Assembly: GCF_056712565.1 (NCBI RefSeq)
Contig: NZ_CM160072.1
DNA length: 64,000 nucleotides
Reading direction: 5' to 3' (one strand)
Shown here: positions 12,191-22,222 of the stretch, piece by piece
Layout: each line of letters begins with the position of its first letter
Numbering within the stretch: position 1 is the first letter of the stretch
Made by a program: the position numbers and the translations under genes
The notes under the pieces: model-generated
What the model was told of the DNA's origin: nothing
The model's input: only the letters and a program-made list of their open reading frames with translations
The model's database searches: none

Positions 12191-13404
12191 TATTTTTCAA
12201 CCTCTGACAGGGGTAAGTAATGAGATGTCTGTAATGTCAAACTCTCTATCTCAAAGGAAATGTTGCTGATATTTTGACCTGCAAATTGCGGATGCCACTC
12301 AGCGCCAGGGAATAACATTTCCGCAGAAGTAGCAACTATAGGGTCAATAGCATTAAGATAATGTAACTTATCAGGTGCGCTGTGTAACAGTAACCACTGC
12401 AACTCCACTGAAGGATTTGTAAAATGTTCTAATAAATGAAAGTTATTATGTAGTACGCTTAGTAAAAAACTGGTTTCGTATACTTCCGTTACATATTTCC
12501 ACCCCTGATATTCAGGTGTATTTTCATAAACAATACCCATACCTTCACAATCACTATGTCGAACTGCTTGTGGTGATAATAGTTGCAAAAGAGACAAAAC
12601 ATCGTCCGCATATTTTTTAACTGGATGACGATTTTGCTTACCTTTTATTTGATCAATTTCAAGTGAATCACCAACAACATTGAGAGCAATAGTAACATGA
12701 GGAATATTATTATTATCACGCAAACTGAATAACCGTAATTTATGTTGCTCAATTTGATTTGCATAATACTCACCATAACCACCGGTAAGATTTTTTCGAT
12801 CATCAAACTGGCCTACGCAATGTTGCATATGCCATGATTCATAAGCCATTTCACGACGAAGGTTCGAATGACTGGCATCAAACTCAACAATTTTTCCGTC
12901 TGGCACATCAAGTATTGACTTTACAGTATTTTGTTCACTCGGCTGCCACCCTTTCTCGCGTCGTTGAAGCATCTTTTCATGCTCTTCTTCACGCATTCTG
13001 AACGCAACGTAGCAGGTTATGCGCTGTAGTTTTGATTCCAGACGGGTACCACATTTCCTGGAAAGAAATTCCACCAACTCCCGTTCTTTGGTTAATATTT
13101 GTTGATGATCGGTTTCGATATAATAAAGTGTCGCAGTTGATACTGAGGCAGTATTAAACTTCGATACCAGCCATTCCGGGATTACATCATCATTTTTATT
13201 AAACAGTGAATATTCTGCAAGCGAGTTAATTTGTTGCACCATTGGAAAGTCACTAATTAGCCATCGATAAAAATGGTTGAGTAACCATTTTTGGATGGTC
13301 TCATTATCCTGGCGAAACAGACTTCTTTGCAAAATTGCTGTTTTTACTTCCGGGGCATTAATTACATCCCTTGCATTATAATTCTGGTGAATATTTCCAG
13401 TCAT
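12190..13404 (-). CDS. Hypothetical protein (island gene 1)
   Basis: 404-aa ORF, first gene of the minus-strand cluster, AT-rich upstream region; no motif I can name with confidence. Confidence 0.65.
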   Translation of the reverse strand: MTGNIHQNYNARDVINAPEVKTAILQRSLFRQDNETIQKWLLNHFYRWLISDFPMVQQINSLAEYSLFNKNDDVIPEWLVSKFNTASVSTATLYYIETDHQQILTKERELVEFLSRKCGTRLESKLQRITCYVAFRMREEEHEKMLQRREKGWQPSEQNTVKSILDVPDGKIVEFDASHSNLRREMAYESWHMQHCVGQFDDRKNLTGGYGEYYANQIEQHKLRLFSLRDNNNIPHVTIALNVVGDSLEIDQIKGKQNRHPVKKYADDVLSLLQLLSPQAVRHSDCEGMGIVYENTPEYQGWKYVTEVYETSFLLSVLHNNFHLLEHFTNPSVELQWLLLHSAPDKLHYLNAIDPIVATSAEMLFPGAEWHPQFAGQNISNISFEIESLTLQTSHYLPLSEVEK

Positions 13405-13891
13405 AACATCCGCCCGTGTTTATTATATCACTCAAAGCAATAATTGTTGACTATAGATTTTTTATCTAAATCAGCATGGTTGCAGGTACATACTCAAGTA
13501 AGCCACTCAAGAAAATAACGTAAACTCAATAGTGGCAGCGTCACAAACTTTGGAAATTATGTCTTATATTTGCAGTTTATTTTAGTGAATAATTGAGATA
13601 AATGACATTATTTTACATCCTCAATAATTCAGGCTGTAAGAGGACGGCAAATACATTCATAATTATCAGGGGATGAACATTCAGGAAAGTAGTCAGTATC
13701 GTCAACTTTTTCTTTTATCACTACATGAAGATTTCGTGTAGATACTCCCATCTCTGCCACTTCTCCCCTCACATTTACACTGGAGCTAAACCCGCCGATT
13801 GCGCTACAATGCCCGCCCTTAAAGTGGGGGCACTCCCCTAACCGCTTCATCAGGTGAAGCGGCTCTGACCTGTCATCAGAACGAGAGAATT

Positions 13892-15253
13892 ATGTTTAAA
13901 CCGGAACTCCTTTCCCCGGCGGGAACGCTGAAAAATATGCGTTACGCTTTCGCTTATGGCGCAGATGCTGTTTATGCGGGCCAGCCGCGTTACTCCCTGC
14001 GTGTACGCAACAACGAATTCAACCACGAAAATCTTCAGCTCGGCATCAATGAAGCCCACGCGCTGGGGAAAAAGTTTTATGTCGTGGTCAACATTGCACC
14101 GCACAACGCCAAGCTGAAAACCTTTATCCGTGACCTGAAACCGGTGGTGGAAATGGGGCCGGATGCGCTGATTATGTCCGATCCAGGGCTGATTATGCTG
14201 GTGCGTGAACACTTCCCGGAAATGCCAATCCACCTCTCGGTACAGGCTAACGCCGTAAACTGGGCGACGGTGAAATTCTGGCAGCAAATGGGTCTGACCC
14301 GCGTGATCCTCTCTCGCGAACTGTCACTGGAAGAGATTGAAGAGATCCGCAATCAGGTGCCGGATATGGAGATCGAAATCTTCGTTCACGGCGCGCTGTG
14401 CATGGCCTACTCCGGTCGCTGCCTGCTCTCTGGCTATATCAACAAGCGCGACCCGAACCAGGGCACCTGCACCAACGCCTGCCGCTGGGAGTACAATGTC
14501 CAGGAAGGGAAAGAAGATGACGTCGGCAACATCGTACACAAGTACGAGCCGATTCCGGTGCAAAATGTTGAGCCGACGCTGGGTATCGGCGCGCCAACCG
14601 ACAAAGTGTTTATGATCGAAGAAGCCCAGCGTCCGGGCGAGTATATGACCGCGTTTGAAGATGAGCACGGCACTTACATCATGAACTCGAAAGATCTGCG
14701 CGCCATCGCCCATGTTGAACGCCTGACCAAAATGGGCGTGCATTCGCTGAAAATCGAAGGCCGTACCAAATCTTTCTACTATTGCGCACGCACCGCGCAG
14801 GTTTACCGTAAAGCTATCGATGACGCCGCTGCGGGCAAACCGTTCGATACCAGCCTGCTGGAAACGCTGGAAGGTCTGGCGCATCGTGGCTATACCGAAG
14901 GTTTCCTGCGTCGTCATACCCACGACGATTATCAGAACTACGAATACGGTTATTCGGTTTCTGACCGCCAGCAGTTTGTTGGTGAGTTTACCGGTGAGCG
15001 CAAGGGGGAGCTCGCGGCGGTAGCGGTGAAAAATAAATTCTCCGTTGGCGACAGCCTTGAGCTGATGACGCCGCAAGGCAACATTAACTTTACCCTTGAG
15101 CATATGGAAAACGCCAAAGGTGAAGCGATGCCGGTCGCACCAGGCGATGGTTATACTGTGTGGCTCCCGGTGCCGCAGGATCTTGAGCTAAATTACGCGC
15201 TGCTGATGCGTAATTTCTCCGGGGAAACCACGCGTAACCCCCACGGTAAGTGA
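13892..15253 (+). CDS. yegQ: Peptidase U32-family protein YegQ
   Basis: 453 aa starting MFKPELLSPAGTLKNMRYAFAYGADAVYAG; conserved position next to cyaR. Confidence 0.9.
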   Translation: MFKPELLSPAGTLKNMRYAFAYGADAVYAGQPRYSLRVRNNEFNHENLQLGINEAHALGKKFYVVVNIAPHNAKLKTFIRDLKPVVEMGPDALIMSDPGLIMLVREHFPEMPIHLSVQANAVNWATVKFWQQMGLTRVILSRELSLEEIEEIRNQVPDMEIEIFVHGALCMAYSGRCLLSGYINKRDPNQGTCTNACRWEYNVQEGKEDDVGNIVHKYEPIPVQNVEPTLGIGAPTDKVFMIEEAQRPGEYMTAFEDEHGTYIMNSKDLRAIAHVERLTKMGVHSLKIEGRTKSFYYCARTAQVYRKAIDDAAAGKPFDTSLLETLEGLAHRGYTEGFLRRHTHDDYQNYEYGYSVSDRQQFVGEFTGERKGELAAVAVKNKFSVGDSLELMTPQGNINFTLEHMENAKGEAMPVAPGDGYTVWLPVPQDLELNYALLMRNFSGETTRNPHGK

Positions 15254-15337
15254 TTAATTTCGATTATTTTTCCCGGATGGAAAATTCTTAGAAACCGATC
15301 ACATACAGCTGCATTTATTAAGGTTATCATCCGTTTC

Positions 15338-15424
15338 GCTGAAAAACATAACCCATAAAATGCTAGCTGTACCAGGAACCACCTCCTTAGCCTGTGTAAT
15401 CTCCCTTACGCAGGCTTATTTTTT
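15338..15424 (+). ncRNA. cyaR: Hfq-dependent small RNA CyaR (RyeE); 3' terminator overlaps the prophage att core
   Basis: Sequence GCTGAAAAACATAACCCATAAAATGCTAGCTGTACCAGGAACCACCTCCTTAGCC followed by terminator hairpin and T-run, matching the CyaR sequence as I recall it. Confidence 0.8.
15398..15424. repeat. Prophage left attachment core (27 bp, AATCTCCCTTACGCAGGCTTATTTTTT)
   Basis: Near-identical copy (2 mismatches) of the 27-bp core at 49972..49998; embedded in the cyaR terminator. Confidence 0.8.
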
Positions 15425-15525
15425 ACGCGTAACACAATGAAATAAAAGGATTTATTTCTGGTCACGTCCACACATTGACCACATCGACAAAAAAGCCCCT
15501 CGACTGAGGGGCTTCCTGTTTGTAA

Positions 15526-15744
15526 TTACATCCACATAATTTGCTGCCCTGACGGCAACGGGTGCGGTCTTACGGCGTGGACTTCTCCCGGCTTCACGAT
15601 GTATCGCTGTACCGACTCATAAGTGATGAATGTGGCGCTGCAATTCACGTTCTGACACTGGTGATAACGCTCTTTTGTCGTGTCAGTGATATAGCGGCTT
15701 GTACGCGCATGTGCGGCATGCTGGCATAAAGGACAATGAAACAT
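15526..15744 (-). CDS. ogr: Late-gene transcription activator Ogr (zinc finger)
   Basis: 72-aa product MFHCPLCQHAAHARTSRYITDTT... with C-x2-C...C-x4-C; ORF-track start 15807 is upstream of the real ATG. Confidence 0.9.
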   Translation of the reverse strand: MFHCPLCQHAAHARTSRYITDTTKERYHQCQNVNCSATFITYESVQRYIVKPGEVHAVRPHPLPSGQQIMWM

Positions 15745-15825
15745 CGCGAGCACCTCTTCCGGTTTTGTTGATGGTGCTATTTTAGTTAATTTATCCTTAT
15801 AAAACAAATAGATAAAATAAAAACA

Positions 15826-16989
15826 TCACTCATCATCTTCTGTTTCGTACTCCACATCAGAAAGCCTGACCTCAAGCTCCAAGGACGTCGTGAAGCCGCT
15901 ATTATTCAGAAAATGTGTCACCTTAGTGATTGTCCAGTCCTGCTCGTCTATGACGCGCTTAAAGCCTGACACTTTAACCGGTGTTTCCGTGTAAATATCT
16001 GCCCGACCGGTAGCCAGGCTGATGGAGAACTCCGCAACGCCCCGTTGCAGCTTATCCCACTTCGCCTGAGCGGCGCGCATGGCCTGCGCTTTCGTGGCAT
16101 ATACCGCGGTCAGGGCAAAAACATTGTCAGCCTCACCTGCCATGTATTCACCTTCGCGCGCTTCCGGTACTTTTGGCGCTTTCTTCTGCGTGACTGGTTT
16201 CGCTTTCGGGTGCTCCAGTGCGCGCAGGTGTTTCTCTTTCTTTTTGCGTTTCAGTTTTACCTTCTGCTTTTGTGGCTTCGGGTCTTTGGTGTGTAACCAC
16301 TTTGCCGTTACGCCGGTATAGGCTCCACGGTCAGCAATCGCAAAATGATGGCGGTCGCCGTCGCTGCGGGTGATGGTAATCTGCGGGATTTTTTTACCGC
16401 TGGCCGTCACCCCCTGCCCCGCCTTGAGAAACAACAGTTTTCCCATTTTTACCGACACCTCACCGCCGTTGCGTTCAGCAAGGCGGGTCAGGAATTTTGC
16501 ATCAGACTCCTGCGACTGGTCGATGTGCGGGATTTTAATTCCGGCCAGTGACGGAGCGACACTGGCTTCCAGCCTGTTACGGGAGGCTATCGCTTCAACA
16601 ATCGCACCGAGCGTGGTGTCATGCCAGGAGCCTTCACGGCGGGAATTGAGCGTCCCGCGAAAATCTGCACTCCGGGCGCGGATGGTGACCACATCCGGTG
16701 CGCCCCGGTGTTCAACCTCATCAACGGTAAATTTCCCTTTGCATACCAGGGCAAAACCTTTCCAGCCGATATACACCGTCAGGACAGCGCCACGAACCGG
16801 CAGCCCGACCTGCCCGTCGGCATCGTTCAGTTCAATATCAAGCTGGTCAGCCTCAAAGCCCCGGTTATCCGTCAGGGTCATGCTCATCAGACGGTCGCTG
16901 ATATTGCCGGTAATATCCCTGTTGTCGAGCATCAGCATGTAATCCGGCGTCAGCGTACTGCCTGCATCAAATGTCAGTGCATCCAGCAT
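15826..16989 (-). CDS. D: Tail protein D
   Basis: 387 aa, P2 gpD size and position. Confidence 0.85.
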   Translation of the reverse strand: MLDALTFDAGSTLTPDYMLMLDNRDITGNISDRLMSMTLTDNRGFEADQLDIELNDADGQVGLPVRGAVLTVYIGWKGFALVCKGKFTVDEVEHRGAPDVVTIRARSADFRGTLNSRREGSWHDTTLGAIVEAIASRNRLEASVAPSLAGIKIPHIDQSQESDAKFLTRLAERNGGEVSVKMGKLLFLKAGQGVTASGKKIPQITITRSDGDRHHFAIADRGAYTGVTAKWLHTKDPKPQKQKVKLKRKKKEKHLRALEHPKAKPVTQKKAPKVPEAREGEYMAGEADNVFALTAVYATKAQAMRAAQAKWDKLQRGVAEFSISLATGRADIYTETPVKVSGFKRVIDEQDWTITKVTHFLNNSGFTTSLELEVRLSDVEYETEDDE

Positions 16990-17468
16990 TATCCCGCCCC
17001 CGTCATATCCGTGAATTTAGTCGCCATACTGCCAGCCTTACCGATGAGCGATTCTGCCTGTTTACCGATATCGCCATAAAGCGCGGCCAGTGATTCATCA
17101 ACGCGGGTGAGCGACAGCGTAAAATCAATTTTCCGGGGTGTGCCGTCTGCAAAGAAAATACTCCCTGTTTCACTCACCCTGCTGATGACATACATGCCGT
17201 AAATCATGCCGGTGCCATCCAGCAACGGCCACGCCCGGCCTTCCTCAGCCATCAGCCTGAGCGTGGTCATCGTCAGCTTGCCGCCGGTCAGTTCGGGATA
17301 AAGCACACCGGCAAGCGTGATATTTTCCTCGCCAACACCGAGAAACTGAAAGGCATCCCGTTTGCCGATACGGGAATTTGACGCCCAGCGATAATCTGAT
17401 TCACGCTGCATGGTCTGGTGTGGCAGCGTCTGGCGCATAAAAACAAACATACCTAACGCGAGCATCAT
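16989..17468 (-). CDS. U: Tail protein U
   Basis: 159 aa, P2 gpU size and position. Confidence 0.85.
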   Translation of the reverse strand: MMLALGMFVFMRQTLPHQTMQRESDYRWASNSRIGKRDAFQFLGVGEENITLAGVLYPELTGGKLTMTTLRLMAEEGRAWPLLDGTGMIYGMYVISRVSETGSIFFADGTPRKIDFTLSLTRVDESLAALYGDIGKQAESLIGKAGSMATKFTDMTGAG

Positions 17469-17482
17469 TTTTCGTCACCTCC

Positions 17483-19930
17483 TTAACCGTCATGCATCAT
17501 GCTGGCACGGGCGCGCGCACGTTTATCCCGCTCGTATTTTTCGAGCGCATCCTGTAACTGGCGGTCAAGCTGTGTCCCCGGCGCAGTACCACCCGTCAGG
17601 CTGATGTGATATTCGTTTTTACTCTGGTCCACATAAGAGCGGCCAGCCGGTGCCGTGACCGGCTGATAAGCCTGATAGCCTGCATAAGAGCTGGTCGCCG
17701 GAATATAACCACCGGTGCCATACGTGGCGGCATGAGTTCTGGCGGCGGTCTGGTCAAGTGTGTCTGACTCTTTGTTGATAACACCGAGTTTTTCCAGTAC
17801 CCAGTCAATACCGCTGCGCAGTTTGTTGAACGCATTAAGCGGCAGCATCAGCGCGTCAGCCAGTGCCTGCCCGAACATGACGCCCGTGTCACGGCAACGG
17901 TTCAGGGTGTCCCGGGTGGCTTTAACCGGAGCAATCAGGTTTGTAAACCACTGCCACGCGGCCTGTAACTTTTCGCCCAGCCAGTCAAACACCGGCTTAA
18001 GTGGCGTGAACAGCTCCCCCACCGGCGCAAATGCCGCTTTCAGCCCTTCAACCACACCGCCAAAGAATGCGCTGACAGGCTCCCAGTATTTACGGATAAG
18101 CAACGCCCCGGCGACAATGGCAGCCACCACGGCCACAACCGGCCAGCTAATCGCCCCGATGGCCGTCATAACAGCACTGCCAACCGTCGTGAAGATTGCC
18201 CCCATTGCGCCTGCTGCCGCGATAATAGCATTGATGCCGGTGATAACCGGCCAGGCTACGAGGCCAATGGCACCAATGATGCCAGTCAGCGCCAGTGCAC
18301 CACCGGCAATTAGGCCAATGGTTAACGCCAGTGATTTGTTTTTCTGGATCCAGCCGTCGAGTTTTAACACATACTTTGTGGCCGTCTGCGTGAGCTTACG
18401 CAGTGCGCCTTCCTGCTGGTCAAACAGGTCAGTCCCCACCGCCTCATAAGCGGACTGAAACTCCTTAAAGTCACCGCCGAGGTTGTCCTGCATGATATTT
18501 ACCAGTTCTGCGGTCTTTCCGTCTGAGGCTTTAAACGCAGCGGTCAGTTTGTCCAGCTTTCCGGTTGAGGCGGCAGTCATCAGCACGGCGGCGGCTGAAC
18601 TGGCCTCCTCCCCGAAAATGGTTTTCATGTATTCAGCCTGCTGGGCAGTACCGAGCCGGTTTTTCTCAAAACTGGCCTGCATTTCTTTCAGAATGGTAAA
18701 TACTGGTCGGGTGTTTCCCTTACTGTCTGAGGTTTTCACACCAAGCTCTTTGAGTGCATCCCATGCTTTTCCCGTCGGTGCCTGCAGGCGGCTTAACACG
18801 GCACGGCTTCCCGTTCCCGCCATTGAACCGGTAATTTTTGCATCATGCAGCGCCCCGACCATTGCGGCTGTTTCTTCAATGCTGACACCGGCATTTTTTG
18901 CCACAGGTGCGGCATAGGTCAGCGCATCGCTCATACCGTCAAAATCGGCGGCGGTTTTGTTCATCGTCATGGAGAGAACATCCCCGATATGAGCGACCTT
19001 ATCGTTTGAAAGCTGAAAGGCGGATTTCATCCCCATCAGCAGGGCGGCGTTTTCTTCCATCGTGCGGCGGTTCGCCAGCGCCATATTCAGCGTGACCGGC
19101 GTTGCCGCCTGAATGGCATCAACATCCCCACCGGCTTTCGCAATGATAATCTGCGCACCGGCAGCATCATCCGCCGAGGCGGCTGTGTTGTCGCCGAGCT
19201 GGCGCGCCTGTTTGCGTAGCGCGGCCATTTCGGCAGAATCTTTTGCCACACCGAGCACGGCCTGTAATTCTGAGTTTTTCTGCGCAAACTCATAACCGGG
19301 CATCAGCAGCTTAACACCGGCCATCGTTCCCGCCGCCGCAATCCCCACACCGGCAGCGCCCACTGAGGCCATATTTCCGGCCAGTTCCTTTCCGGCCTGA
19401 TAACGCTGTTTGACTGCGTTAAGTTTTGCCTGTTGCGCACTGACACGCGCCAGCGCGTCACGCTGCCGGTTAAGCTGGGCGGTGGTTTCACTGATACGGT
19501 TTTTCAGTCCCTGCTCATCATGTGCAAGATTGCGGGTATTAATTCCCACAGCGGCCAGTTCCCGCTGCTGGCGTTTAACGGAATCTGTCAGGCGGTTATA
19601 TTTCGCCTGTAAGTCCTCCGCCGCACGCTTTGCGGATTCCAGCACTTTCGCCTGAGCACGGGTCGGGCGTTCGGTGTTTTTAAACTGTGTGGCAAGGGCT
19701 TCGGCCTGCTGCCGTGCCTTTTCAAGTGCATGACCAGTCACGGCGAGCTGTGCACTGGTCTTGCGGAATCCCTCAATACGGGATGCGTGACCGTTCAGCT
19801 CGCGCAGTGATTTTTGTGTTTCCCGGATATCCCCCGACAGCAACTTACTCGCTGTGCGGATGGATTTAAACGGGCGGGACGCCTGGTCAACAGCCCTGAG
19901 CAATACCTGTAATTTTACATTGTTACTCAT
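17483..19930 (-). CDS. T: Tail tape-measure protein T
   Basis: 815 aa, Ala/Gly-rich with coiled-coil N-terminus; P2 gpT size. Confidence 0.88.
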   Translation of the reverse strand: MSNNVKLQVLLRAVDQASRPFKSIRTASKLLSGDIRETQKSLRELNGHASRIEGFRKTSAQLAVTGHALEKARQQAEALATQFKNTERPTRAQAKVLESAKRAAEDLQAKYNRLTDSVKRQQRELAAVGINTRNLAHDEQGLKNRISETTAQLNRQRDALARVSAQQAKLNAVKQRYQAGKELAGNMASVGAAGVGIAAAGTMAGVKLLMPGYEFAQKNSELQAVLGVAKDSAEMAALRKQARQLGDNTAASADDAAGAQIIIAKAGGDVDAIQAATPVTLNMALANRRTMEENAALLMGMKSAFQLSNDKVAHIGDVLSMTMNKTAADFDGMSDALTYAAPVAKNAGVSIEETAAMVGALHDAKITGSMAGTGSRAVLSRLQAPTGKAWDALKELGVKTSDSKGNTRPVFTILKEMQASFEKNRLGTAQQAEYMKTIFGEEASSAAAVLMTAASTGKLDKLTAAFKASDGKTAELVNIMQDNLGGDFKEFQSAYEAVGTDLFDQQEGALRKLTQTATKYVLKLDGWIQKNKSLALTIGLIAGGALALTGIIGAIGLVAWPVITGINAIIAAAGAMGAIFTTVGSAVMTAIGAISWPVVAVVAAIVAGALLIRKYWEPVSAFFGGVVEGLKAAFAPVGELFTPLKPVFDWLGEKLQAAWQWFTNLIAPVKATRDTLNRCRDTGVMFGQALADALMLPLNAFNKLRSGIDWVLEKLGVINKESDTLDQTAARTHAATYGTGGYIPATSSYAGYQAYQPVTAPAGRSYVDQSKNEYHISLTGGTAPGTQLDRQLQDALEKYERDKRARARASMMHDG

Positions 19931-20350
19931 TCGTGTTTCCGCTTCGCCTGAGCGCCTTTTCGCGCCATGTGATGAGTTCGGTCAGGCTCATGGGATACAG
20001 TTCTGATGGCGGCCAGTGAAATATCACTGCCACATCCGCCATCAGGTCATCGACCGACAGATTTTTCGGAAGCGTCACTGCACCGAGTTCGGCGACAAAA
20101 AACCGACCACCTTACCGGCCAGCGCCACAAGGTCAGGCAGTTCCAGCGCGGCGACTTCCTGCTCGGTCAGCATCGGTGCCGTCATGCGCGGCAGCACCTT
20201 AATCAGTGCATCGACTTCGGAGTTCGCGACCGCAGCCAGACTGACACCGCGCAGCGTCCCGGCATTAGGTTTCATCAGCGTGACCTGTTCGATAACCTGC
20301 TCACCACGCTTGACCGGATTGTCCAGGGTAATCACATTTTCTTTGTTCAT
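19924..20350 (-). CDS. E': Tail assembly chaperone E+E' (-1 programmed frameshift product)
   Basis: -1 frame after TTTTTTG (20096..20102) stays open to a TAA at 19924..19926 that overlaps the T start codon (ATGAGTAA). Confidence 0.75.
20075..20350 (-). CDS. E: Tail assembly chaperone E
   Basis: 91 aa between T and FII; ends just after the slippery heptamer. Confidence 0.85.
   Translation of the reverse strand: MNKENVITLDNPVKRGEQVIEQVTLMKPNAGTLRGVSLAAVANSEVDALIKVLPRMTAPMLTEQEVAALELPDLVALAGKVVGFLSPNSVQ
20096..20102 (-). other. Slippery heptamer T_TTT_TTG for the E/E' -1 frameshift
   Basis: Complement of caaaaaa at 20096..20102, in frame as G-F-L within the gpE C-terminus. Confidence 0.75.
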
Positions 20351-20406
20351 GGTTTTCTCACTTCTGAATCGGGGTTAACCGGTCAGCCAGGCTGACCGGA
20401 TGAAAA

Positions 20407-20925
20407 TCACAGGCCGATATTGCGGCGGTGTTGCTCCAGCCGGTCGACGCCGTTCACCTTCTCAATCATGTTGATGGTGTCGATTTCGACCAGCTCCTTA
20501 CCGTCCATCGTCAGCCGGAAATAGGTGCAGACCACGGAGATTTTCGACTCGGTGTCTTCTCCCTGTTTGCCCTCGCCGGTGTCGATTTCTTTCTGACGTC
20601 CACGCATGACCACCTCGACGGCCACCGTTTCGCCGGTATCGTCGCGCTGGTAAGAGCCTGCAAAACGAATCGGTACGGAATCCACACCGGTTGCGGCGTA
20701 AAGCTCCCAGATAACCGAATCCGGGAAGCCACCGAGCGACCACTCCATTGACAGCGCATCGTCATCAAGGCCGAGGTCTACCGGTGCGCTGCCGTTCATC
20801 CCCGCACCGCGATAGTTTTCGAGCTTACGGGTCAGTTTTGGTAGCGTGACGGACTTCGCGACGCCCTGATAGCTGTAGCCGTTCAGAAAGACGTTCATTA
20901 ACTTGAGTTTGCGCGGCATTGCCAT
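20407..20925 (-). CDS. FII: Tail tube protein FII
   Basis: 172 aa, P2 gpFII. Confidence 0.88.
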   Translation of the reverse strand: MAMPRKLKLMNVFLNGYSYQGVAKSVTLPKLTRKLENYRGAGMNGSAPVDLGLDDDALSMEWSLGGFPDSVIWELYAATGVDSVPIRFAGSYQRDDTGETVAVEVVMRGRQKEIDTGEGKQGEDTESKISVVCTYFRLTMDGKELVEIDTINMIEKVNGVDRLEQHRRNIGL

Positions 20926-22130
20926 CGGTCAGGCTCCTTATAATTGCTGTTAACCGAGGTGACCAGATTTGCCAGGTATTTATCGGTAATACGCTGGCGC
21001 AGGGTCAGGTTTTCAAGAGGAGGCACCGGTGTATAGTCGTAGTCGATATACAGTTTTCCGGCCTTGAGGGTTTCCGCATCGTTGGATTCTTCGCTGAACC
21101 AGCAGGTCGCATCCACGATATAGCCGTTTGTTTTCAGCTCACGGAATTTGGCATTGATGCCGTCAACGATGTCGCGAATCAGCGTTGCGGTGATGGGCTT
21201 GTCCACCGCCCACATGTGCGCCTCAGCCATCGTGTCAGCCAGTACCTGCGCGGTGCGGGTGTAGTTTTCAAAGAGGAACAGCGGGTCATCAGAGCAGGTA
21301 CGGTTACCCCAGAATCGGAAACCGTCGCGGCGAATCAGCGTAGTGACGCCTGACTCGTTAAGCAGGTCAGCATCGGTGCCGGACTCCTGCAAATCCCAGA
21401 ATACAGATGCGCTGATGCCGGTAACACCGTTTACCCCGACGTTGGACAGCGTTTTATGCCAGCCCTGCTCCTGGTCGATTTTAGCGCGCAGACCCAGCGC
21501 ACGGGCGGTGGCATACGCGGTAGCGGTGGTACTGGTGACCGTATCCCATGCGAGGAAATCCGGCCAGATGACCATCAGCTCACGCTGGCTGAAATTCTGG
21601 CGGTAGGCTTTCACCTCGGAAATGGTCTTACAGCCCCATGCGCTGATATATCCGAAAGCGCGCAGCTTCTGACAGACGGATGCCAGTGCAACAGCCACCT
21701 CTTTGGTATCCAGTCCCGGCACACCGAGAATACGCGGTTTAACACCGGTTACCGACTCCGCCGCCAGCAGGGCTTTTAGTCCGGTGTACTGACCGTTTTC
21801 GTCGGTGGTGCCGATGATATTGGAAACGGTCTGCGCGAGTTTCGTTTCCTCGTCATCACCGGTGCAGTCTTCCACGCGCACGACAACGGTGACCGGTTTT
21901 GACTGGTCAGCGATGGCCTGCAACGATGCCGCCAGCGTGCCTTTTTTACCGGCCTTTGCAATTGCGCTTTGCACATTGGTAATCAGCACCGGTTTATTGA
22001 GGGGGAAGGTTTCCGCATCCGCATCGCTGGCCGTGCAGACCATGCCGACAATGGCAGTGGATACGGTGGAAATGACGCGGGTGCCGTCGTTAATCTCCAG
22101 CACCTGCACGCCATGATGATAGTCACTCAT
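20898..22130 (-). CDS. FI: Contractile tail sheath protein FI
   Basis: 410 aa starting MSDYHHGVQVLEINDGTRV. Confidence 0.88.
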   Translation of the reverse strand: MSDYHHGVQVLEINDGTRVISTVSTAIVGMVCTASDADAETFPLNKPVLITNVQSAIAKAGKKGTLAASLQAIADQSKPVTVVVRVEDCTGDDEETKLAQTVSNIIGTTDENGQYTGLKALLAAESVTGVKPRILGVPGLDTKEVAVALASVCQKLRAFGYISAWGCKTISEVKAYRQNFSQRELMVIWPDFLAWDTVTSTTATAYATARALGLRAKIDQEQGWHKTLSNVGVNGVTGISASVFWDLQESGTDADLLNESGVTTLIRRDGFRFWGNRTCSDDPLFLFENYTRTAQVLADTMAEAHMWAVDKPITATLIRDIVDGINAKFRELKTNGYIVDATCWFSEESNDAETLKAGKLYIDYDYTPVPPLENLTLRQRITDKYLANLVTSVNSNYKEPDRWQCRANSS

Positions 22131-22222
22131 CCGTTTAACTCCGTGGTTAATGGGTACAACTATTTTCTGTTGTGCAGAGCATAAGACGCTATTTGACCTG
22201 GCTGGTCAGTGGATGAAACAAC

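Noticed and set aside
13629-13850. 73-aa minus-strand ORF in the yegQ upstream region
   Set aside because: Lies in the probable yegQ promoter region with no convincing start context; could only be confirmed by conservation
16045-22184. Plus-strand ORFs overlapping the prophage tail genes D, U, T, FII and FI (for example 17760..18449 and 18483..18917)
   Set aside because: Antisense to long P2 structural genes and compositionally biased (Ala/Ser/Pro-rich); read as frame artefacts
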